A model generated the notes under the pieces. That model was not told where the DNA came from. It ran no database searches and saw only the letters and a program-made list of their open reading frames with translations. A program made the translations under genes and the position numbers. Shown here one piece after another: positions 55,149-64,000 of a stretch of DNA of 64,000 nt (position 1 is its first letter; every line of letters starts with the position of its first letter). The stretch spans positions 60,264,001 through 60,328,000 of the forward strand of contig OX597827.1 of NCBI GenBank assembly GCA_951406725.2, given 5' to 3'. Source of the stretch: Octopus vulgaris (Eukaryota).

Positions 55149-55604
55149 TATTTTTAGGAGGGTGATTCAGAAAGTAATGCAAATAAAAATTGTGCTACTT
55201 TCTGAGTCGCCCTCGTACATGCTTAGGGAAAAGATAATCTGAACTTTTTTGCCAAAGAGAAGGAAAGTGAGAGGTGGGGAGCAAAGTGGTGTCCCTTTCT
55301 GTGAGCGTTCGGTCTGCTTTTAATGGCTTCCAAGTCTCCCTCGAGTCACACCCCTGCATTTCACACGTAGAGATGCATTACTTTATGGAGAATCGCATCA
55401 CCAACACTCCAACTGACCGTTCGAGGCTACCGTCAAAAGTATTGGTCAAATTCTTTTCCTACATATCATTCTGTGGTGCCCCTGGACACATCATCAGTGA
55501 TGTTTCTTGGGGTCAATAGGGGTTTCGAGTCTTTCAACATCAGATACCCTTAAAGCAGGCTGATCCTCAACTGGGACTGATCACACCCCGGCATGCATCC
55601 TGTT

Positions 55605-55908
55605 GTGGAGGCACATGGCCTAGTGGTTAGACCAGCGGACTCGCGGTCGCGAGATCGCGGGTTCGAATCTCAGACCTGGTGATGTGTGTGTTTATGAGCG
55701 AAAACACCTGAGCTCCACGCGGCTCCGGCAGAAGGTAATGGCGAACTACTGCTGACTCTTTCGCCACAACTTTCTCTCACTCTTTCCTCCTGCATCTTGC
55801 CGCTCACCTGCGACGGACCGGCATCCCGTCCAGGTGAGGAACCTATACGCCAAGGAAAGTGGGAAACCGGCCCTTATGAGCCAGGCATGGCTCGAGAAGG
55901 AACAAACA
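55605..55908 (+). mobile_element. SINE with OR-type head and V-domain-like tail
   Basis: TSD ATGCATCCTGTT/ATGCGTCCTGTT (55593-55604 and 55909-55920); 5' ~190 bp resembles 33526, 3' part CCTGCGACGGACCGGCATCCCGTCCAGG. Confidence 0.85.
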
Positions 55909-56768
55909 ATGCGTCCTGTTAGTATTACCCCTGGTAGCACTACCCCATTCCAGGGCTCTCACCTCTACTACCTCCACAACCAGCCTGATGGTATTCTGCC
56001 TTCTGGACCCTGTGATGCCAAGCATCTTGTAAGTTCTGCAGAGGGACTGGCCTCGCCACGTTATACAGCACGACATCCACCAATGCTGTCAGACATCATA
56101 TTATACTACCAAAACCTCAATTGACTATTAAAGGTTTCAATCAAAAATATTGGTCTCCTTCCAAAATATATCAAACGAAGCAATTACAACGAATGTTTAT
56201 GTTGTTGCTGTTGTTGTTGTTGTTATCGTCGTCGTCGTTGTTGTTGTTGTTTTACGATTCGTATTTATCAACATTGCGAACCGCCATTTTAATCATTTTC
56301 TTACTACATTTCATACAGTTATCATTCGAAATTGAGAACTAGAAGCCAAAAACATTGATAGCCATCAAAGTTATAACGGACTGTTTCACTCCAGGGCACG
56401 CTTACTATACCATCCCCAATACAACACCGCCAACACCACCAACACCACCAACACCACATACGCCACAGACGCTGACGACGCCACCGAAGCCACTGCTGCC
56501 ACTCGACCCAACATATTTGAAACGTCATTTTTGAAATTTCGTTCAATCTTCATCAGTCGAAATATTAGTTTATATTTCATGAGTGGCTTGGAACTGATTC
56601 TTTCCAATACAGCCAAACCGTCTACGTTTTAACATTCTTAATTTTCTCGGATAAATAAATATTCAGTTTACAAATATATAGATGTGAACGTGCATGCACT
56701 CACGTGCGTTTTCCACACAAATATACACACTATTCTCCACACACACACATGTATATACGCATATATAA

Positions 56769-56861
<93 letters not shown>

Positions 56862-56881
56862 CAAATATGGTCCCTCTCTCT

Positions 56882-56918
<37 letters not shown>

Positions 56919-57271
56919 AACATACATACACGTGTTAATGTAAATAAAATATGTATTTTATATAGATTACATAGCTTATATGTGTGTGTATGTGTGTTTA
57001 ATGCGAGTGAACGATGACTATGCTACAAGAGATATAAGAGAGATAAGAAGATGGATAACTCATATATCAAGAGAGTCTTAATTACGTTACGCAGAATCTG
57101 TGGACCACTGCGGATCGAAACAACACAAGAAATTCGAATTCGAAAAGAAAGTATAGTATAATAATGACAGCATATAATAATGACAGCCTAGTGCGTTACA
57201 GAAATGAATGCACATAAAAATGATTGCATTTCTGAGTCATGTAAATATATAAAAATAACGGTTTATAATGC

Positions 57272-57580
57272 GTGGCTGCGTGGTAAGAAGCTTGCTTCCC
57301 AACCACATGGTTCCGGGTACAGTCCCATTGCACGCCACCGTGGGCAAATGTCTTCTACAATAGCTTTGGGCCGACCAAATCCTTCGATGCTTCGAGCCAG
57401 CCAAACCCTTCGATACCTCGGGCTAACCAAAGCTTTCGATGGGGTCTGACTGACCAAAGGGATCGATAGAATAAGTACCAGGTTTTAAAAATAAAGGGAC
57501 TGGAGTTGATTCATTGGACTAAAATTTCTTTAAGGCGATGCTCCAGCATGGCCGCAGTTTAATGATTGAAACAAGTAAAA
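57272..57580 (+). mobile_element. SINE family A, internally rearranged
   Basis: Head and tail are present; the middle is replaced by short CCAAA..CTTCGAT repeats. Confidence 0.75.
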
Positions 57581-57679
57581 TTTAACACAAAATAACAACT
57601 GTGTATATCAAAATCGTCCATTAGATGATATCTGAATGTAACAGAGTTCGTATCCACAAGACTGTGCAAAAGAGAATTA

Positions 57680-58236
57680 TTGGGTTGTCCGGAAAGTTCG
57701 TGCCGATTTTCAAAGGAAAGAAAAAGGTCAATAAATACTTGCCATTACATTTTTAATCAACCAAGTATGAACCATTTTGTTGCACAATGCGTCTCCATCT
57801 TTCCTTTAACTTGAAAATACACTCTTCCCAGAATTGAGGTGGTTTCATGGCAAACAATTCATCAAGGTATCTTTTTACGTCATCCAAGGAATTGAAATGT
57901 TTGCCATTAAGACTATTCTGCAGAGACCTGAAATCCGAAGGAACAATATCTGGTGAATATGGAGGGTGGGGTAACACATCCCAGCCGAGCTGCAGCAATT
58001 TTTGTCTGGTTCCCAAAGCATCAAGTACCGAAAATGAACTTTCTTATCTTCAATTTTAAAGGGTTACAGAATTAACACAGGTTATAGGAACATAAACCTT
58101 CTTCCACGAAAAGATAGCTTAAACTGTGCTCTAAATGGAGGTGTAGTCAAATCCTGTTTTATGGACTCAACAATGTTCTAAAATAAGTCGAAAGGTAAGC
58201 TACTATAAATCGGCATGAACTTTCCGGACAACCCAG
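57680..58236 (-). mobile_element. Complete non-autonomous mariner (557 bp)
   Basis: TA|TTGGGTTGTCCGGAAAGTTCGTGCCGATTT ... AAATCGGCATGAACTTTCCGGACAACCCAG|TA; HPPYSPDIVPSDF motif; same deletion junction as 37158. Confidence 0.93.
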
Positions 58237-58256
58237 TAATATAAAATAGACAATTA

Positions 58257-58880
58257 AAGTGGCGAATTAGCAGAATCGTTATCACGCAAAGATCATTTGC
58301 AGTGTTTCGTCCATCTTTACGTTCTAAACTAAAATTCCGCGATGGTCGACTTTGCCTTTGATTCCTTTCCGGGTCGGCAAAATAAGTACAAGTTGAGCAC
58401 TGGGGTCAATGTGACTGACTTATCCCCTTTCCTCGAAACTGCTGGCCTTGTACCAAAATTTGAAAACAATATGAAATAGATAATATATAACAAGCATGGC
58501 TATAGGCGCATCGATGACTGTGTAGTTTAGAAATTCGCTTTGCAGTCTCATGTTTTCAAGTTCAGTCCCACTCCGTAGCACCTTGGGCAGGTGTTTTACA
58601 CTGTAGCTCTGGGACAAACCAATACCTTGTGAGTAGTTTGTCAGAAAGACCGTCGTGGCTTAGTGGTTAGAGTATTGCACTCATGAACGTAAGACTGTGG
58701 TTTCGATTCCTGGACCGGGCGATGCGTCGTGTTCTTGAGCAAAACACTTCATTTCACGTTACTCCAGTCCATTTCCCAAGCGAAATTGAGTAATCCTACG
58801 ATGGAACAGCGTCCCAACCACTAGGGATTATTTACGCCACAAAACCAGGAAATCGGGTTTATCAGCCTATGTTTGAGGAA
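58257..58880 (+). mobile_element. Cluster of three diverged SINEs (B, A, CORE/V-type)
   Basis: Recognisable heads at ~58257, ~58504 and ~58650. Confidence 0.7.
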
Positions 58881-58916
58881 GGAACTTTGATCACTTTTGA
58901 TATATATATATATAAA

Positions 58917-59097
58917 GGCGCAGGAGTGGCTGTGTGTTAAGTAGCTTGCTTACGAACTACATGGTTCCTGGTTCAGTCCCACTGCGTGGCACCTTGGGCA
59001 AAAGTGTTTTCTATTATACCCTCGGGTCAACCAAAGCCTTGTGAGTGGATTTGGTAGATGGAAACTGAAAGAAACCCATCGTATCTATATACATATA

Positions 59098-59142
<45 letters not shown>

Positions 59143-59356
59143 TGTGTGTGTGTTTGTGTGTCTGTGTTTGTCCCCCCAACATCACTTGACAACCGATGCT
59201 AGTATGTTTACGTCCCCGTAACTTAGCGGTTCGGCAAAAGAGACCGATAGAACATGTACTAGACTTACAAAGAATAAGTCCTGGGGTCGATGTGCTCGAC
59301 TAAAGGCGGTGCTCCAGCATGGCCAAAGTCAAATGATTGAAACAGGTAAGTAAAAA

Positions 59357-59357
<1 letters not shown>
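58917..59357 (+). mobile_element. SINE family A, full length, flanked by (TA)n
   Basis: Complete head-to-tail match. Confidence 0.92.
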
Positions 59358-59402
<45 letters not shown>

Positions 59403-59939
59403 CAGTCTACAGTCTACAGTTAACACATTAAGAGGCTTCCATCATAGGAATCCTTTACGCTAGAAACAACAGCTAAAGTCCAAACCACTAATTAGGGATA
59501 CATTCTAATTAGGTAAATAAAAACATTTACCATCTTTTCCTGGACCATGGTTTCTGACTTATTTTAGTAAATAAAATAATTTACCAGGTGAAGTCTTCTT
59601 CAACAAGGACGCCAAGATTAAATATATAAACACGAGGCCAATCCGGCATGCGCCTCTTGCGTATACATTTTAATTTTTTTTAATCCACCGCGCAAGCGCA
59701 GTCTTTATTGTCGGCAGCAAAAAGATGCCGGCAATTTCTTCGAACGAATCTACCAGAAACCATTATACATAATTAATAACATCAGTGTAATAAAGATTTT
59801 AGTAATTTTTACTACCAGTGGCCTAGCGTACAGAAAAATTAGTCAATAGACTATATATTATTCATATAAAATACAGTGTACATTTAAAAGAATTTTTAAA
59901 CTTTATTACCCTAATGTTATTAATTATGTATAATGATTT

Positions 59940-60055
59940 CAAAAGGAGCTGATTGATACCTACCTCAGACACCAGGAAATCCAAAAATGGGAGAAATTCA
60001 AAGGATAGTGCTCATGAGAACTGCTCATATCCAACGAAAACTATGGTCTATGATA
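59940..60055 (+). pseudogene. R4/Dong-type LINE extreme C-terminus fragment
   Basis: TPGNPKMGEIQRIVLMRTAHIQRKLWSM resembles the terminal Q-K-x-x-L-x-G-T-A-x-I-L-R-K motif. Confidence 0.55.
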
Positions 60056-60677
60056 TCCCCAAAACGTTTTAATCTTCAAACAGTGTCAAACTACTTTTAA
60101 ATGTACATAATTGCTAACACCTTTCTTAACATCACACAATCGTCTTATAATCAAATATTCTACTTTTACAGCAAATATTTTACTCAATACCACAGATTTG
60201 CTTGTCAGTTGCTTGACCTTAACCAGCTGATAATGTTCCTCAGTGGCTGGCAATATGTGCATCTCTGATCACGAGCAGAAGTAGTAGAGGAGCATCATAG
60301 TCATGTGTTGCGAGGAATTCTTTGAAGTGTGAATAATTCACCCTTTGAAACATGGGTGTTCAGCACCCTTAAACAAACCATATTCAGGGACCTTTTGAGC
60401 GGGATGGGCTACTCGATGTTTTGAAGAATCTTTGGTACACACTTCGCTTTATCTGTTCGGAAATTGTAGTGGATTATGCTATAGGGTTTGTATAGACTAT
60501 TTTAAGTATAAAAAGCACGGTGCCTGGACTCCTTGGTATGGTACTTCAGTATCGATGATAGACCAAGAAATATTACATAGTACATTATTTTTCGGTTGTA
60601 TATGTGGTTAGCTAGTGAGATAGATTTGTCGTGTTTAGCAGATTTACAACAGGGGTCGCCACTACTCCCTGCCAGAA

Positions 60678-60798
60678 CCACGTGGAGCTTTAGGTGTTTT
60701 CGCTCAATAAACACACACAATGCACGGTCTGGGAATCGAAACCGCGATACTCCGACCGCGAGTCCGCTGCCCTAACCACTGGGCCATTGCGCCTCCAC
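60678..60798 (-). mobile_element. OR-type SINE head fragment
   Basis: Near-identical to 17058-17178. Confidence 0.85.
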
Positions 60799-61956
60799 TT
60801 TTCCTATTCTAAATTTACCACCAACTCGAGCTTCGTATAAAGTCACATTCTGTAATTTCTTATTTCACTCTGCATTTTAGCAACAATTTACTGAAATATT
60901 ATCTTCTAGTAACCACTTATCAATATTCTTAGCCAACGTACAAATTTTAAGACTTACTGTTTCCTCCTATCCTACTTCTAAACCCACATTTTACCATATT
61001 CATATTTTTCATTAAACTTTCATGTTTGAATATTAGATCCTTATTCTTGCAATAAATAAATTCATTATTCTGGCAACCATCAATAAACGCATACATCTAA
61101 AACGCACTCATTGTCCCTCATTATGTATCTTATAATTTATAAACCTACAATCTTCAATCCTATCATATTCAGCAGATTTATAACCGTACACTTACATTAC
61201 CACTCATTCCTTTGGCCTCTCACCTCCTACACTCAGCACAACTCTTTCCTTCCCACACACATTGCACTTACCAAGATACCTCACAGCAACAGATTGTTAT
61301 GTATAGTTTATCTTGTACTTCACCCCAGCCCACCTCACCCCCACCCCTGAAACTCAAGGCCTCTTATTACATAACGCCTCCTGTGGCTAGTCTAGCTAAC
61401 AGATAATTCTAATATATTTGTCTCATAAGCCATTGTTATTCAACACGCGGTCCCCTTCACACCATCCCACTTAGCATCCCTTTTTCCTACCCAGATCAGC
61501 ATTAACCACCTCTTTCTACATATCTTCCGCTCTAACTCTTAAACTACACATTTATCCCTCGTCCTGTTTGTTAGTTTCTATTTGTCTTCCTCTTATTCTG
61601 GCCTTATATTCTCTGCTCCAATGTTCTATCTCACTCATTCTCCAATGATAAAACAGAATACGACTTTAATGTTGGCTGCTGATTGCTTTCAAGGAAATGC
61701 ACCATCTAGGCATCTATTCTTGAGACAGCTGTAAAACACTACCTGCACACCTTTCTTTTTCTCATTCAGCTTTTGATTCTACCTACGATGTTCAGCTTTA
61801 ACTAATACCATTATTTTGGAACTACCTTATAACTGTCCCGAGAGAATATCAGCATATATCATTACCATTATGAACATTCCTCAACTGATCCTTTATCGAC
61901 CTCTTGTGACCTAACGCCTATAACATTCAATACTACCTTCATGTTGTATCAATATA

Positions 61957-62208
61957 ATAATAATTTAATGCGCCCTTTTTAAAACCTAGCCAGGCTCATG
62001 GGCCCGGTTTCCCAGTTTATATGGCGTATGTGTTCCCCAGACGCCAGTCCATCGCAGCGTTACTCATTTTTGCCAGCTGAGTGGACTGGAGCAACGTGAA
62101 ATGAAGTGTTTTGCTCAAGAACACAACGCGTCGCCCAGTCCAGGAATCGAAACCACAATTTTAAGATCATGGTTCTGACACCATAACCACTAAGCCACGC
62201 GCCTCCAC
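61957..62208 (-). mobile_element. CORE plus V-domain-like SINE, full length
   Basis: 12-bp TSD TGTATCAATATA (61945-61956 and 62209-62220); A box TGGCTTAGTGG, B box GGTTTCGATTCC. Confidence 0.88.
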
Positions 62209-62429
62209 TGTATCAATATACAATTATATAAATGCTATAATCTGACCTGGTACCAGCTGTTAGCCTGTTTATACTTTTATAATTTTATACACGCAACTGC
62301 TCGATTGAAACAGTGTCTATACCCAATCATTATACATCCATAATGTCCCAGCTTTTACAATGCAGTTCAAGTTGGAGTCTAGGCAGCAGGTCAGCCTGAG
62401 CGTTAGCTATATGTACCAATTATCTTATG

Positions 62430-62733
62430 TCATTAGACGTCGGACTTACAATCGTGAGGTTGTGAGTTCGATTCCCGGACTGGGCTGTGTATTGTGTTCT
62501 TGGGCAAGACATTTTATTTCACGTTGTTCTAGTTCACTCAGCTGTAGAAGTGAGTTGCGACGTCACTGGTACCAAACTGCATCGATCTTTGCTTTATCCT
62601 TGGATAACATCGGTGACGTGGAGAGGGGAGACTCGTATGCATGGATGGCTGCATACAACTTTTCCCGGACTTGTATCTCAGAGGGGAACATTCTAAGTGC
62701 AATCCCATGGTCATTCGTGACCGAAGGAGGTCA
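62430..62733 (+). mobile_element. CORE-like SINE (family of 43625-43961)
   Basis: GAGTTCGATTCCCGG..TTCTTGGGCAAGAC..CACTCAGCTGTAGAA..GAGTTGCGACGTC. Confidence 0.78.
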
Positions 62734-62904
62734 TTGCTCTTTATATGTATGCTCTTTATATGTATGCTCTTTATATATATGTATACATATGAGACGGCTT
62801 CTTTCAGTATCCATAAACCAAATCTTCTCACAAGACTTTGGTCGACCCAAGGTGCCGCGCAATGATTTTGAAGCAAGCTTCTTAACCATACAGCCCCGCC
62901 TGCA

Positions 62905-62958
<54 letters not shown>

Positions 62959-63788
62959 TACATATACTGGATTCTAGGATCACGGCAGACTATCTGTAAT
63001 AAGTTATTTGTATTTGCATCAATAGGCACCAGTTTCAGTAGCTGAAAAAAAGATACAGTCATGTGATGTTTCCCTAAAAGTTATCTGTTATTCTTGCACA
63101 AACGAGATCAAGGAGCCGGTGAAATTCAACGTCCCCTGTTTGACATTTTCATTTGAAGTTTCTTTTCAGATTCTGTCAAGAAAGACATTAAACAATGTAG
63201 TGAAATACCCGCCACAAACAGTAAAATCAGAAACAGAGATATGTTACGAAAATTGTTCGAGATGTTGATGTAATAATGTTGCTGATAAAAAAAAAGATGA
63301 GCTACTCTAAATGATGTTACAGTGTATGACAATGACTGTACAAAGTGTTGGGGAGAAATCACTCTCAGTTGGTTAATATCTGTTAGGAACAGTGAAAGGT
63401 TTGAAAAGTTTGAGTTTCTAGGCGGCTTATACAAGCATGGACAGACCAGTTCAAAATTACTGTTAAAGAGAAATGCGTGAGAAATTGATATTCCTGGCCT
63501 CTCAGATGTATAAAGTTAACTACGATTGTTAGAGTGGGAATAAGGATTGGTGAAACAAATGCTTTTTCTCCTTCAAGTCATATTTTATGATCTTCTGTTT
63601 GAGTTTCGAGATAATTTTGATAACATGGAAATTTTAAAGTCCAACGCTTCACTACGACCAAAAGTTTCATCCCGCAGAAAAGGTTCTACACGTATATAAG
63701 TGTATTTATTTTTGTGTATTCTATCAGGCCATCCCATAAGTAATGTCAAAACTTGTATAGTTTCAATTTGTAAACGCTTTAACAAGTA

Positions 63789-63944
63789 CGATTTTGACGT
63801 TTATAAGGAACCCCTTAACTTTTGGGGCTTAAAATTCGGAAAAAGGTTTTGCAAGGGATTATAATACTATCCATGTATAAAAACTTCCAAATTTTTTTTC
63901 CCTAATTTTGACAAAAAGGGTTCCTTATACACGTTAAAATACGA
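63789..63944. mobile_element. pogo/Tigger-like MITE
   Basis: TA|CGATTTTGACGTTTATAAGGAACCC and GGGTTCCTTATACACGTTAAAATACGA|TA. Confidence 0.6.
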
Positions 63945-64000
63945 TATTTTAGAAGGCAAGACTCACTTGTTTTCCTTATTTAAAATCCGGACATTACTTA

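Noticed and set aside
55274-55519. Gypsy integrase fragment (FCGAPGHIISD)
   Set aside because: Only a short motif resemblance with no other catalytic context.

Overview
AT-rich, non-coding eukaryotic DNA with no supportable host protein-coding gene. Extreme microsatellite density and the tRNA-derived SINE families suggest an octopus (cephalopod) intron or intergenic region; this is an inference from repeat content. Almost all ORF-track entries are microsatellite artefacts. The real content is: (1) several recurrent tRNA-derived SINE families, many with clean target-site duplications (TSDs); (2) decayed Tc1/mariner, hAT, pogo-like and piggyBac-like DNA elements; (3) RTE and R4/Dong-type LINE fragments; (4) a young Penelope-like element (PLE) forming a 2.2-kb inverted repeat (4836-7111); (5) about a dozen type-I hammerhead ribozyme (HHR) motifs, read by eye, in at least six different small elements, most next to (TA)n tracts. 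The most unusual object is at 42017-43173. It is a tRNA-headed, Pol III-type element whose 3' half is an HHR-like fold (this copy lacks GAAAC) and whose A-box half-head is amplified as nine 57-bp tandem units. It is a candidate ribozyme-bearing SINE mobilised by PLEs. Family labels A-F are working names used only here. All coordinates, folds and family names were read manually and have not been computed or searched.
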